NCBI GenBank assembly: GCA_964291215.2
Contig: OZ219790.1
Location: forward strand, 2,176,001 to 2,240,000
From: Alphaproteobacteria bacterium
Lineage (GTDB): Bacteria > Pseudomonadota > Alphaproteobacteria > MPNO01 > UBA830
Length of the DNA stretch: 64,000 bases
Reading direction: 5' to 3'
Shown here: in pieces, positions 1-10,861 of the stretch
Numbering within the stretch: position 1 is the stretch's first letter
Layout of the letters: every line of letters begins with the position of its first letter
Notes under the pieces: generated by a model
The model's database searches: none
What the model saw: the letters and a program-made list of their open reading frames with translations, nothing else
What the model was told of the DNA's origin: nothing
Program-made: the position numbers and the translations under genes

Positions 1-1979
1 CCGAAACGCTCGAACAGGCCCGCGATGCCGCCGAAGCGGTCGCGGTAGCATATGAACCGATAGCGCCGGTTATCGATGTCGACGAGGCCCTGACGCCGGG
101 AGCGGCCGCGGTGAGGGAGGAAAACCCCGGAAACGAGGCCTATACGCACACCCGAGGCGACGCCGCCGCGACCGATGCCGCGATACGCGGCGCCGCCCAT
201 CTCGTCCGTCACCGCGTCCGCGTGACCCGGGTCGCCGGCAATCCCATGGAGAACCGCGGCTGCATCGGCACGTACGACGCGTTCGAGGACCGTTACGAGC
301 TACGCGCGACAGTCCAGTCGGCGCACGGCATACGCCAGCAGATCGCGGAGGCGATCTTCCGCATGCCGCAGAACCGGCTGCGCGTGATCTGCGACCACAT
401 GGGCGGCGGCTTCGGGACGCGGGGCGGAAACCACCCCGAATACAGCTTGTCGCTGTGGGCCTCGGAAGTTGTAGGCAGGTCCGTCAAGTGGGTCGCCGAC
501 CGGGGCGAATGCCTGCTCACCGACGAACAGGCGCGGGGCGGCCTGGTCGACGCCGAGCTTGCGCTCGACGCGAACTACAGGTTCGTCGCGCTCCGCACCC
601 GCACGCGGGTTCCGATCGGCGCCTATTTCTCGACCGAGCGCAACCTGCGCTGCACCACTACCGGCCTTGGCGGCCTTGCCGGCGTCTATGACATTCCGGC
701 GATTCACGCCACCGTCACTGGCGCCTTCGCCAACATCGTTGGCAACGCCCAATATCGGGGCGGCGCCAAGCCGGAACCGGTCTATGTCATCGAGCGCATG
801 GTCGACATCGCGGCCGCGGAGCTTGGCATCGACCCCGCTGAACTGCGCCGCATCAACACGCTCGGCACCGCAGCGATGCCGTTTACCACCGCTCTCGACG
901 AGACCTACGATTGCGGCGACTTCCGGCAGAACTTCGAGGACTGCCTCGACGCCGGCGGCCATGCCGGCGCCGACGCGCGGCGCGTCGAGGCGCAGCGCCG
1001 CGGCCGGCTGCTCGGCATCGGCCTGTCCAATTCCGTGACCGCCGTCGCGAGTTCGAATTTCGAACATGTCGAGGTACGTTTCGACTCTTCGGGCGGCATC
1101 ACGCTGCTGTCCGGGGCGATGGACCACGGGCAGGGCCACGCGACCACCTTCAAGCAGGTGCTTGCGGATCGGCTCGGCATTTCGCCGGACGGAATCCGCT
1201 ACCGCTTCGGCGATTCCGACACCGTGACGACGGGCGTCGGCACCTTCAACGCCCGCTGCGCGGTCTTCGTCGGCTCGGCCGTCACCATCGCCGCTGACCG
1301 AATCATCGCCAAGGGCCGGCGCATTGCCGCCCACCTCCTCGAAGCCGCCGACGACGACATCGCGTATGCGGACGGGCACTTCTCGGTAGCGGGCACGGAC
1401 CGCGCGGTGACGCTCACCGAGGTCGCGCGGACGGCGTTCCAGAATCCGAAACTGCCGCCCGGCATCGAACCGGGATTCTACGAGCACGGCGAGTTCGGGA
1501 TGGGCGCCGGACAGGCGCCGACATTTCCCAACGGCTGCCATCTCTCGGAAGTGGAGATCGACCCCGAGACCGGCACAGTCGAGATGGTGCGCTACACCGC
1601 GGTCGACGACGCCGGCACGATCCTCAACCCTCTCCTTTTCGACGGCCAGATACATGGCGGCATCGCCCAGGGCGCAAGCCAAATCCTGTTCGAGCATGTC
1701 CGCCACGATTCGTCGACCGGACAGCCGCTAACCGGCTCGTTCATGGATTACTGCATGCCGCGGGCGGACGATTTCTGCAATTTCGACATCGCGGCGAATG
1801 AGGTGCCGACCGCCCGCAACCCGCTCGGCGTCAAGGGCGTCGGCGAGGCGGGCACGGTGGGCGCGCTGCCCGCGGTGATGAACGCCGTCAACGACGCGCT
1901 CGCGCAGGTGGGCGCCCCAGCGATCGAGATGCCGGCCACGCCGGAAAAGGTCTGGCGCGCGCTGCAGGCGGCGGCATAG
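1..1979 (+). CDS. Xanthine dehydrogenase family molybdopterin-binding large subunit (CoxL/CutL-like), 5'-truncated by window edge
   Basis: Frame open from base 3; motifs GGGFG, GQGHATT, GQIHGGIAQG, GVKGVGEAG; active-site loop QYRGGAK, not the AYxCSFR of true CO dehydrogenase. Confidence 0.9.
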   Translation, partial: ETLEQARDAAEAVAVAYEPIAPVIDVDEALTPGAAAVREENPGNEAYTHTRGDAAATDAAIRGAAHLVRHRVRVTRVAGNPMENRGCIGTYDAFEDRYELRATVQSAHGIRQQIAEAIFRMPQNRLRVICDHMGGGFGTRGGNHPEYSLSLWASEVVGRSVKWVADRGECLLTDEQARGGLVDAELALDANYRFVALRTRTRVPIGAYFSTERNLRCTTTGLGGLAGVYDIPAIHATVTGAFANIVGNAQYRGGAKPEPVYVIERMVDIAAAELGIDPAELRRINTLGTAAMPFTTALDETYDCGDFRQNFEDCLDAGGHAGADARRVEAQRRGRLLGIGLSNSVTAVASSNFEHVEVRFDSSGGITLLSGAMDHGQGHATTFKQVLADRLGISPDGIRYRFGDSDTVTTGVGTFNARCAVFVGSAVTIAADRIIAKGRRIAAHLLEAADDDIAYADGHFSVAGTDRAVTLTEVARTAFQNPKLPPGIEPGFYEHGEFGMGAGQAPTFPNGCHLSEVEIDPETGTVEMVRYTAVDDAGTILNPLLFDGQIHGGIAQGASQILFEHVRHDSSTGQPLTGSFMDYCMPRADDFCNFDIAANEVPTARNPLGVKGVGEAGTVGALPAVMNAVNDALAQVGAPAIEMPATPEKVWRALQAAA

Positions 1980-1989
1980 CCGCGAACGC

Positions 1990-2700
1990 TCAGGCGCCGC
2001 GCTCGTCCGCGCCGGGGCCGAACAGGATCTCGCGGCTCTTGGCGGTCATCGTGCGCGCACCGCGATGCTCGGCGAGCAGCTGCATCCCCGCCTGCACCCC
2101 GGCGCGCGCGGCCACGGCATCGAACCAGCGCTTCACGTTCGGGAATTCGGCCTTGTCGATGCCCTGGCGACGCGACGGCCGGACCCATGGCCAGGAGGCG
2201 ATGTCGGCGATCGAGTAGGCATCGCCGGCAAGATAGGCGCTGTAGTCGAGGCGGCGTTCCATAACTTCGTAGAGGCGGCGGACCTCCCGCGAATAGCGTG
2301 CGATCCCGTAAGGCACCTCGACCCCGCCCATCACCTGGCGGAAGTGGTGCGCCTGGCCGGCCATCGGGCCGAGCCCGCCGACCTGCCAGGCCAGCCATTC
2401 CAGGACCGACTTGCGGGCGCGCGGCTCGCCGGGCGGAGGCAGAAAACGCTCCACCTTCTCCGCAAGATAGATCAGGATGGCGCCGCTCTCGAACACCGTG
2501 AGCGGCGGCCCGCCATCGGCCGGCTCGCGGTCGACAATCGCCGGGATGCGGTTGTTGGGGCTCAGCGCGAGAAAGGCGGGATCGAACTGGTCGCCACGAT
2601 TGATGTCGACGACGGTCACCGTGTAGGCGAGGCCGCACTCCTCGAGCATGATCGAGACCTTCTGGCCGTTGGGCGTCGGCCACGCATGAAGCTCGATCAT
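1990..2700 (-). CDS. Glutathione S-transferase family protein (YfcG-like)
   Basis: MIELHAWPTPNGQK start, SPNNRIPAIVD, FESGAILIYLAEK, YSIADIA. Confidence 0.9.
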   Translation of the reverse strand: MIELHAWPTPNGQKVSIMLEECGLAYTVTVVDINRGDQFDPAFLALSPNNRIPAIVDREPADGGPPLTVFESGAILIYLAEKVERFLPPPGEPRARKSVLEWLAWQVGGLGPMAGQAHHFRQVMGGVEVPYGIARYSREVRRLYEVMERRLDYSAYLAGDAYSIADIASWPWVRPSRRQGIDKAEFPNVKRWFDAVAARAGVQAGMQLLAEHRGARTMTAKSREILFGPGADERGA

Positions 2701-2740
2701 CGCGTCGCCGGCGCTATGCCGCTCCCGCAACCGGCGGCGT

Positions 2741-4354
2741 TCATTCCCCATCCTCCTCGCGGAACGCCCGGTTCGGCGCGATATCGCTGCGGCGAAACTG
2801 CGCCGAGCGTTCGCCGTTGGCTATCCAGTCGCTCTCGGCCGCGCGCCCGGCGGCGCGCGCCCAGGTCTCGGACCAGTCGCCAAGTTCGTAGCCATGCCAC
2901 GGCGCCTCGGGCGCGAGCGGAGGCAGATCCAGCCTCTCCCAGATCTCTCGCGCACGCTCCATGTATTCGCGCGCCGGCAGCGCCACCGGCGCCATGGGTA
3001 CCTTGAGCGTCGCGTCGATGAGCAGGGCCGCGTCCTCGCTGGCGCCAGTCCTTGGCCCGTGCCCCAGCGGCTGGTGAGCCGCGCGCTCGCAATCCTCCGC
3101 GAGGTTGGCGCGATAGCTCAGGGCCCAGAACACGGCGTCGAGATTGTCCGGCTCGATATCCTCGTCGACCGCGATCAGATACTTGCCGACCGGCGCCTGG
3201 AACGCCATCGCGCCATGGAGCGCGCGCCAGATCTCGGTCCGCGGCGTGCCGCGGGCGAACTGCAGAACGACGACCTTGCGCAGGTTGGTCAGCGGTTCGT
3301 GCATCGCCACCCGGCGGACGCTCCGGATGCCGAGATGGCTGGTCAGGTGATCGAGGAACAGCGGTTCGTAAGCGACGCGCTTGATGACGCTCGATTCGGA
3401 CGGCGTGACCTGGCTGATGATGGAGGTAAAGACCGCGTTCCGGCGCCTCGTGATGGCGGTGACCCGGAAGATGAAATTGTACTCCTCGAGGTTGACATGG
3501 CCGTGGCTCTCGCCGAACGGCCCCTCGGGCTCGAAGCAGCCGGTGTCGACCAGCCCCTCGATGACGATCTCCGACTCGGCGGGCACCATGAGATCGACGC
3601 TGTGCGCCCGGGCGATCTCGATCGGCGCTCCGGCGATGCCCCCGGCGACGCCGATCTCGTCGACGCCGAGCGGCAGCTTCTGCGGGCCGACATAAGCCAC
3701 CGGCGGCGGACAGCCGACGACCATCGCCATCGGCATCGGCTCGCCGCGCGCGCGGTATTTCTCCCAGTGCGCCACCCCGCCCTGGCCGAGGTTCATGAAC
3801 AGCTTCAGGCCGATGCGGTCGGGAGCCTTGAGGCCGCCGCGATAGGTGCCGATGTTCTGGATTCCGGTATCGGGGTCCCTCGTGATGCAGGCCGTCGCCG
3901 TAAGGTACGGTGCCGAATCGTAACCCGGCGTGGAAACCGGAACAGGAAGGGCGTCAAGCCCGTCGCCAGCCGCGAGGGCGCCGCCTTCGAACGCCAGCTC
4001 CTGGCAGGCGGGACCGACAACCTCGACCGGCAGCACCGGTTCGGCGATCGCCTCGCGCCAGCACCGGCCTATGTCCGGCACCGGCCGGCCCATGCCGACC
4101 GAATAGATTTCCGCGCTGGCCGCAAGCGCACCGACCACGACCGGAATATCGTATCGCCGCCCCTTGCCGTCGACGACGTTGGTAAAGAGAAAAGCCTTGC
4201 GATCGGTCTCGGGGATGCCGCCGCGGAACTGCCAGCGCACGAGCGGACCGAGCTCCGAATCCTTGTTGATGGGCGCATCAATCGTGCGCAGAAGTCCGGC
4301 GCCGCCGAGGGCCGCCAGGTGATCGTGCAGGTTCCTGTATCCGCGCGCACTCAT
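2741..4354 (-). CDS. UbiD family prFMN-dependent decarboxylase
   Basis: NIGTYR, EIVIEG, EPEGPFGESHG motifs; start placed at MSARGYRNLHDHL downstream of GAAGGAG. Confidence 0.88.
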   Translation of the reverse strand: MSARGYRNLHDHLAALGGAGLLRTIDAPINKDSELGPLVRWQFRGGIPETDRKAFLFTNVVDGKGRRYDIPVVVGALAASAEIYSVGMGRPVPDIGRCWREAIAEPVLPVEVVGPACQELAFEGGALAAGDGLDALPVPVSTPGYDSAPYLTATACITRDPDTGIQNIGTYRGGLKAPDRIGLKLFMNLGQGGVAHWEKYRARGEPMPMAMVVGCPPPVAYVGPQKLPLGVDEIGVAGGIAGAPIEIARAHSVDLMVPAESEIVIEGLVDTGCFEPEGPFGESHGHVNLEEYNFIFRVTAITRRRNAVFTSIISQVTPSESSVIKRVAYEPLFLDHLTSHLGIRSVRRVAMHEPLTNLRKVVVLQFARGTPRTEIWRALHGAMAFQAPVGKYLIAVDEDIEPDNLDAVFWALSYRANLAEDCERAAHQPLGHGPRTGASEDAALLIDATLKVPMAPVALPAREYMERAREIWERLDLPPLAPEAPWHGYELGDWSETWARAAGRAAESDWIANGERSAQFRRSDIAPNRAFREEDGE

Positions 4355-4695
4355 GCCATCGTTCTCCTTCGGCGCATGATGCCGGGTTTGCCGCACGAAC
4401 GCGATAGCCGCCGGGGCGGAAGCACTCGGCCGCCCTGCGCTTCCCGCCTGCCCAGAGTCCGCCGCCCGGCCACGAGCGCGCCGCCGCGGGTTGCTGGCCG
4501 GGGTCCGGTAGTCTATGACGGGCCGGATCCGGACGGGACGCGACCGAAAAGCCGGCCGGCCCGTCGCGGCACGCGCCGAAATCTCGTCTCCCCGGCGGTA
4601 ACGCACGCCGCCACCGCCGGGCTGCTTGCGGCCTTCGACATCCGGCTCCGGCCGGACCAGGCCGCCCGGCTCGCCATCCGTGAAGGAAAACCGCA

Positions 4696-5602
4696 ATGAA
4701 ACTTCTGTACGTCGACGATTTCCGCCTTGGCGTTCTCGCCGACGACGCCGTAGTCGATTTAACCGACATCGTCTCCGACATCCCCCATATCGATCGACGC
4801 GACCTCATCAACGGGCTGATTGAGCGGTTCGACGACTACCGCGGCCGGCTCGAAGCGGCCGCTGCCGGCGGCGTGCCGCTGGCGGGCGTCCGCATCCGCC
4901 CGCCGGTTCCGAGGCCGACCACCATCGACTGCATGGCTGTCAACTACATGGAGGACGGGATGCGCCCGCGCCCATCAACGCGTTCCACAAGTCGCCGGGA
5001 GCGGTAATCGGCCACAACGACACCATGGTCCTGCCCGACGTGCCGGCCGCGGTGTTCGAGGGCGAAGCGGAACTCGCCGCGATCATCGGCAGGCGGGCCG
5101 ACAACGTCGGCGAGGCCGACGCGATGGATCACATCTTCGGCTGGACCTGCTTCATCGACGGCTCGGCGCGCGCATTGCCGCCGCCGGGCAACACCTTCTT
5201 CCAGGTCAAGTCGCGCAAGACCTTCGCGCCGATCGGCCCCTGGATTGTCACCAAGGACGAGGTCGCCGATCCGCAGAGCCTCCGGGTCAGGCTGTGGAAC
5301 AACGGCGAGTTGATGCAGGACTTCAACACCGACGACATGGCGCACGCGATACCGCGCTGCATCGCGTGGCTGTCGTCGATCCATCCGCTGGCGCCGGGCG
5401 ATATCGTGGCCACGGGCACCAACCATCGCGGCCTGCATCCGTTCCAGGACGGCGATCGTGTCGAACTCGAGATCGAGAGCGTCGGCCGGCTCGCCATCGA
5501 TGTTCGCGACGACCTCAAACGGGGCTGGGACCGGATGACGAGGCTGGAACACGCGGAGAAGGGGTTGGAAGGCCCGCACAGGTCTCGGGCAAGTACGCCT
5601 GA
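4696..5602 (+). pseudogene. Fumarylacetoacetate hydrolase family protein with two frameshifts
   Basis: ORF 4696-5007 (..CMAVNYMEDG) continues in another frame as PAPINAFHKSPGAVIGHNDTMVLPD..FEGEAEL..KSRKTFAPIGPW..GDIVATGT; natural end QVSGKYA* lies in a third frame; shifts near 4962 and 5576. Confidence 0.8.
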
Positions 5603-5677
5603 GGCCCCGCTTTCCGTCACGTCGGCCCACGCCGTGCGCGGCGGGACCCGCACCCGTCGAGAAAACGCTCCGGAAGC

Positions 5678-6221
5678 CTATTGCGCAAGAAGCGACGGCG
5701 ATCTGGCCGGAGCCTCGGCGCCGACCACGTTGGCCATCATCGCGGTCTTGCAGAAATGACCGACGACGCCGACAAGGTCGGCGAGACGGCGATAGCCGAT
5801 GGCGTCCCTGGCGGCCTCGAACCCGGCGTCGCCAAGCATGCCGGTCTCGAGGAGTTCTCGCGCCGCATCGTGAATGGCGGCGTCCTCGCGGATCGCGAAA
5901 TCCGGCCGCTGGCAGGCATTCACCTCATCGACGACCGAGCGTTCGAGGCCGTCCTCGAGCGCCACGCGCCGCCCGGGGATAGGCGGCATTCCAGTGGCGC
6001 GCGGCCAGCAGAGCGACCAGGCGTAGCTGGGACAAGGTCAACGAGCACCGGTTCTCGAAATAGTCGGACGCGGTTTTGTTGGTCTTCCACATCCCTGGCG
6101 CATAGACGTAACCGATCGCCGGCCCCCGGCCGACGCGCCCGGTCTGCGCCGCGGTGTCGTCATGAACCCTCCTCTGCTCCTCGTTCATCTCGGCGCGGAC
6201 AAGCGCGGGTATTCTTGTCAT
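5678..6221 (-). pseudogene. Carboxymuconolactone decarboxylase/AhpD-like protein, frameshifted
   Basis: ORF 5925-6221 (..LLAARHWNAAYP) and ORF 5678-5989 (RVALEDGL..DLVGVVGHF) are two halves of one CMD-like protein; shift near 5975. Confidence 0.7.
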
Positions 6222-6253
6222 CGCTTCGACCTCCTTTCCCGGCCCGGGCTGCG

Positions 6254-6637
6254 TCAGACCGGCCGGCCCGACGTGTGCGAGGACGTGATCTTGAGCCTCC
6301 AGCCGTCGGCAAACGGGATGGTGAACGAGTTGTGGATCGACCCCGAGGCGATCTCCGACGGGCCGAGCCCCATGTCGCGGCAGCGCACGTGCATCGCCGC
6401 GACATCGTCGACCATCAGGTCAATCGGCGCCATCCGGCCGGGCTCGGTGTTCCAGTCTCCGGCCCTGACGATCAGGTGGGTGCCGCCGCGCAGCTCCAGG
6501 ACCGCGAACGAGTTCCGTCTGCTCACGGGCCGAAGGCCCAGCCCTTCCAGCAGATCGCATGCCGGGTGAAGGTCGTTCACGTCCATCCGCACATGGCCGA
6601 CGGCAACCGGGAGCCCGGGGTCGCCGGATTTCGACAT
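6254..6637 (-). CDS. VOC/glyoxalase family protein
   Basis: VAVGHVRMDV, AVLELRGGTHL, DLMVDD, HNSF..ADGW. Confidence 0.75.
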   Translation of the reverse strand: MSKSGDPGLPVAVGHVRMDVNDLHPACDLLEGLGLRPVSRRNSFAVLELRGGTHLIVRAGDWNTEPGRMAPIDLMVDDVAAMHVRCRDMGLGPSEIASGSIHNSFTIPFADGWRLKITSSHTSGRPV

Positions 6638-6804
6638 GCAACTCTCTCCCATGGCACGATTTCGACGGGCCAGAGCGTGACTCGAAATCACGCAGTCCCG
6701 AGAATCCGGCAAGGACTCCGTGGTCAGGCCCGGAGATGCCGCCGCGGGCCGCGTCAGAAGCAATACGGTTTTCCGGGGCCGGGCCGATGCACTATACTCG
6801 CCGC

Positions 6805-7780
6805 ATGAAAGCCGTCGTCGTCGGAGAGAACGGGCCCGAGATCGCTGAAGTTCCCGAACCCGTCCCAGCCCCCAACGAAGTCAAGGTTCGGGTCCGCGCC
6901 TGCGGACTGAACCGGGCGGACACGGCCGTGGCCATGGGCGAGGCGCACCGGCGGGCCCGGAACCGTCGTCGGATTCGAGTTCGCGGGCGAAGTCGTCGAG
7001 ATCGGCTCCGAGGTGGCGGCCGAGGGCGGTACCCTCGCGATCGGCGACCGCGTCATGTGCTCGGGCGCCGGCGGCTGGGCGGAATTCGCTGTCGCCGACT
7101 GGGGCTGGGCGGTGCCGCTTCCGGGCATGAGCTGGACCCGGGCGGCGACCCTGCCCATCGCGCTCCAGACCATGCATAACGCGCTGGTGACAGCTGGCGG
7201 GCTTGTCCGCGGCGAGTCCGTGCTCATCCAGGGCGCGAGTTCCGGTGTCGGACTGATCGGCATGCAGATCGCGCGCCTCATGGGGGCGCGGCTCGTCATC
7301 GGCTCGTCGACCGACCCGGAACGGCGAGCCCGGCTTGCCGAGTTCGGCGCCGACCTGGCCGTCAATTCGCGGGATCCGGAATGGGTCGCCCGGGTGCTGG
7401 ACGCGACCGGCGGCGACGGCGTTGATCTCACCGTCGACCAGGTTTCGGGATACACAGTCAATGCCAACCTGGCGGCAACCCGGGTTCTCGGGCGCATCAT
7501 CAATGTCGGCCGTCTCGGCGGCCGCATCACCGAATTCGACTGCGACCTGCACGCGCTGCGCCGCATCCGCTATATCGGGGTAACGTTCCGCACGCGCTCT
7601 GTCGCGGAGGTGCGCGAGATCGTGCGCGCGATGAAGGACGACCTCTGGGACGCGGTGGCAGGCGATGATTTCTCGCTGCCGATAGATCGCGTCTATCCGC
7701 TCGACGAGGCGCCGGCCGCGGTTGCGCAGATGTGCGCCAACCGCCATTTCGACAAGATCGCGCTGACGCTGGATACCTGA
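6805..7780 (+). pseudogene. Zinc-binding dehydrogenase/quinone oxidoreductase (MDR family), frameshifted
   Basis: MKAVVV..RACGLNRAD in one frame, then GFEFAGEV..LIQGASSGVG in another; shift near 6948. Confidence 0.8.
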
Positions 7781-7785
7781 GCGGC

Positions 7786-8991
7786 ATGAACCGGGCCGAG
7801 CTCAGGCGACGCTTCCCGACCGCCCACGACCTGCGGGCACGGGCGCGTCACAGGTTGCCGAACTTCGCGTTCGAGTATGCCGACGGCGGCGCCGGCTCCG
7901 ACGGCAACATAGCGCGCAACTGGACCGCCCTCGACGCGATCGAGCTGATGCCACGCTACGGACGGGTTGTGGAACCGCCGCCGACCGGGACTGCGCTCTT
8001 CGGCCGCCCGGTCTCGGCACCGCTCGGCATCGCCCCGATCGGCAGTCCCGGCACCGCGTTCCCGGGCGCCGAAACCTACCTTGCGAAGGCCGCGCAGAAG
8101 GCCGGCGTCCCCTACGTGCTCGGATTGCTGTCGGGCATCACCATCGAGCGCGCGGCAGAACTCGCCCCCGACGTGCTGTGGCTGCAGCTCTACCGTTTCC
8201 CCGGCAACGGTCACCGGATCGGGCTCGAGTTCGTCGATCGTGCCGCAGCCGCCGGAATCCATGTGCTGGTCCTCACCATGGACACACCGATCCGGACGAC
8301 CCGGCCCCGCGAGGTCCGGAGCGGCATCGCGACGCCGCTCCGCCTGTCGATGCGGCTCCGCCTCGACGCGCTGTCCTCGCCATCATGGATGCGGGCGATG
8401 GGCCGCAACGGCATCCCGCGCTTCGCCTCGATGGCGCCTTACATGAAGCCGGGTGCCGGCCTCGTCGAGGCCGCGGAATTCGTGCGTCGCGAGAGCGGTG
8501 GCGCCTTCACGTGGGACGAGATCGCGCTCTACCGCGAGCGCTGGAAGAAACCGCTCGTGCTCAAGGGAATACTGCACCCCGAGGATGCCGCACGCGCCGC
8601 CGCCGTCGGCGTCGACGGCATTCTGGTCAGCAACCACGGCGGCCGCCAGATCGAGGCGCTGCCGTCCTCCATTGACGCGCTGCCGGAGATCGCGCGCGCC
8701 GTCGGCGGCAGGACGACGATACTGATGGACAGTGGCGTCCGCTCCGGCGTCGACGTTGCGCGCGCGGTGGCGCTCGGCGCCGATGCCGCCTTCGCCGGCA
8801 AGGCGTTCCTGTGGAGCCTCGGCGCGCTCGGAGCTGCCGGGCCCCGCCACCTGATCGACATCATGGCCGAGGATCTCGCCGCGACGCTGGGCCAGCTTGG
8901 CTGTCCGTCGGTCGCTGATCTGCGTTCGGTCCCGATCCGCCATCCAGGAGCCTGGCCGCCAGCCGATCCGGAGATCGCCCGCCCCCGATGA
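7786..8991 (+). CDS. FMN-dependent alpha-hydroxy acid oxidase/dehydrogenase (LldD-like)
   Basis: FEYADGGAG, WLQLY, LKGI, VSNHGGRQ, DSGVRSG. Confidence 0.92.
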   Translation: MNRAELRRRFPTAHDLRARARHRLPNFAFEYADGGAGSDGNIARNWTALDAIELMPRYGRVVEPPPTGTALFGRPVSAPLGIAPIGSPGTAFPGAETYLAKAAQKAGVPYVLGLLSGITIERAAELAPDVLWLQLYRFPGNGHRIGLEFVDRAAAAGIHVLVLTMDTPIRTTRPREVRSGIATPLRLSMRLRLDALSSPSWMRAMGRNGIPRFASMAPYMKPGAGLVEAAEFVRRESGGAFTWDEIALYRERWKKPLVLKGILHPEDAARAAAVGVDGILVSNHGGRQIEALPSSIDALPEIARAVGGRTTILMDSGVRSGVDVARAVALGADAAFAGKAFLWSLGALGAAGPRHLIDIMAEDLAATLGQLGCPSVADLRSVPIRHPGAWPPADPEIARPR

Positions 8992-9914
8992 TCCACCGCC
9001 TCTATGGCGCCGTCCCGGCACCGATCCGCGGTATCGCCTTCATGATGATCGCCGCCGTCGGCCTCGTCGGCATGAACGTCTCGGTCCGCCACATCGCGGA
9101 CGACGTCCATCCATTCGTCATCGGCTTCTTCCGCCATGTCATCGGCATCGGGTTGCTGGCGCCGTTCTTCCTGCGCACCGGCGCCAGCCCGCTGCGCACC
9201 CGGCGGCTGCCGCTGCACGGGCTTCGCGCTCTTCTCAACGTCACCGCCATGCTTGCCTATTTCGTGGCGCTGACGATGGAGCCGCTGGCCAAGGTGGTGG
9301 CGCTGACCTTCGCCGCGCCGCTGATTGCGACGCTGGCCGCGATCCTGATCCTTGGCGAGCAAGTCTCCTGGGCACGCGCCGGGGCACTGGTCGTCGGCCT
9401 CGGCGGCGCGCTGATCATCCTCCGCCCTTGGTCGGTCGAGATCAGCGCCGGCTCGGCGCTCCTCATCCTCTCGGCCGCGACCTGGGGGATGGCGCTGGTG
9501 GTGATCAAGGTCCTTGCCCGCACCGAATCGCCAGTGACGCTGACGCTCTATGCATCGATACTTCAGGTCCCGTTCACCTTCGCCGCAGCGATCTTCTACT
9601 GGCAGTGGCCGACGCCGCAGCAGTTCCTCGTGATGGTGCTGATCGCTGGCTTCGGCTCCTGGACCCAGCTTGCGCTGTCGCAGGCGTTCCGCGAGGCCGA
9701 CGCCACGGTCGTACTGCCTGCGGACTTCACCAAGCTGATCTTCGCGGGCCTGGCCGGGTGGCTGTTCTTCGCCGAGGTTCCCGAAATCCGCATCTGGGTC
9801 GGCGGCGCCGTGGTCTTTGGCGGCGTCATCCTGAACGCCTGGCTCGAGAAACGGGCGAAAGCGAGACCCGCGACAGTTGCACCACCCGGCGATACGTCGC
9901 AGAATCCGCCGTAG
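8988..9914 (+). CDS. DMT/EamA family transporter
   Basis: About ten hydrophobic helices, ILILGE motif; ATGA overlap with upstream gene. Confidence 0.85.
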   Translation: MIHRLYGAVPAPIRGIAFMMIAAVGLVGMNVSVRHIADDVHPFVIGFFRHVIGIGLLAPFFLRTGASPLRTRRLPLHGLRALLNVTAMLAYFVALTMEPLAKVVALTFAAPLIATLAAILILGEQVSWARAGALVVGLGGALIILRPWSVEISAGSALLILSAATWGMALVVIKVLARTESPVTLTLYASILQVPFTFAAAIFYWQWPTPQQFLVMVLIAGFGSWTQLALSQAFREADATVVLPADFTKLIFAGLAGWLFFAEVPEIRIWVGGAVVFGGVILNAWLEKRAKARPATVAPPGDTSQNPP

Positions 9915-9941
9915 CGATCCGACAACAGGGGGAACGGACCC

Positions 9942-10826
9942 ATGAGCAGCAAGGTCTGGCGCGACTACACTCAGGAGGAACTCGACGCCAACTACAACCA
10001 GGCGTCCCTGGTTCCCAATTCGGAGGAATATTCCGAGCGCAATCTCGCGCGAAGCGAGGAGGTGTGCGCCAGGGTCCCGCACGAGGCCGGAATCCCCTAC
10101 GGCCCGAGCCTCGGGGAACGCCTCGATGTCTTTTCGGCCGACAACCGCGGCGGCCCGGTCGCCGTCTACTGCCACGGCGGCGCCTGGGCCCGGACAAGCA
10201 AGGAGCACTATTCGTTCCTCGCCCCGGCCTTCACCGCCGCGGGCATACATTTCGTGGTGCTCGGCTTCAGCCTCGCGCCCGCGGTTTCCCTCGACGAGAT
10301 CGTGCGCCAGTGCCGCGCCGGCATCGCCTGGGTCCACCGCAATGGCGACGCGTATGGCTGGGACGGCGGCGATCTCCATGTCATCGGGCACTCCTCCGGC
10401 GGCCACATCTGCGGCATGATGCTTGTGACAGACTGGGAGGGCGAGTACGGCCTGCCCGCGGACCTCATCAAGAGCGGCGCGCCGATGAGCGGCATGTTCG
10501 ACCTTGAACCGGTGCGCCTCAGCCACCGCAATACCTATCTCGACCTGACGGAGAAGTCGGCGCTGCGCAACAGCTCGATCCACCACATCCCCGAACGCGC
10601 CTGCCCGATCGTCAATGCCTGGGGCACCGGCGAACTTGCCGAATTCCAGCGCCAGAACAGGGAATTCGCCCAAGCCTGGCGCGATGCCGGACACCAGGTC
10701 GAGGAGATCGTGCTCGAGGGGTACAACCATTTCGAGGTCTGTGCCGAGATCGCCAACGCGGGCGGCCGCATCCTGCCCGCAATCCTCTCCAACATCGGGA
10801 TCCCCCGCGCGGCGGCAGCGGAGTAG
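9942..10826 (+). CDS. Alpha/beta hydrolase (arylformamidase/esterase-like)
   Basis: HGGAW oxyanion motif, GHSSGG nucleophile elbow, C-terminal NHF. Confidence 0.85.
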   Translation: MSSKVWRDYTQEELDANYNQASLVPNSEEYSERNLARSEEVCARVPHEAGIPYGPSLGERLDVFSADNRGGPVAVYCHGGAWARTSKEHYSFLAPAFTAAGIHFVVLGFSLAPAVSLDEIVRQCRAGIAWVHRNGDAYGWDGGDLHVIGHSSGGHICGMMLVTDWEGEYGLPADLIKSGAPMSGMFDLEPVRLSHRNTYLDLTEKSALRNSSIHHIPERACPIVNAWGTGELAEFQRQNREFAQAWRDAGHQVEEIVLEGYNHFEVCAEIANAGGRILPAILSNIGIPRAAAAE

Positions 10827-10861
10827 CCGCGGCGGACGGGCCATCTGAGGACAGGATCCCG

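Noticed and set aside
1-1979. Aerobic CO dehydrogenase large subunit
   Set aside because: Active-site loop is QYRGGAK, not the form I AYxCSFR; substrate unknown.
4940-5030. Programmed ribosomal frameshift in the FAH gene
   Set aside because: No slippery sequence; residues appear to be missing and a second shift occurs downstream, so decay is more likely.
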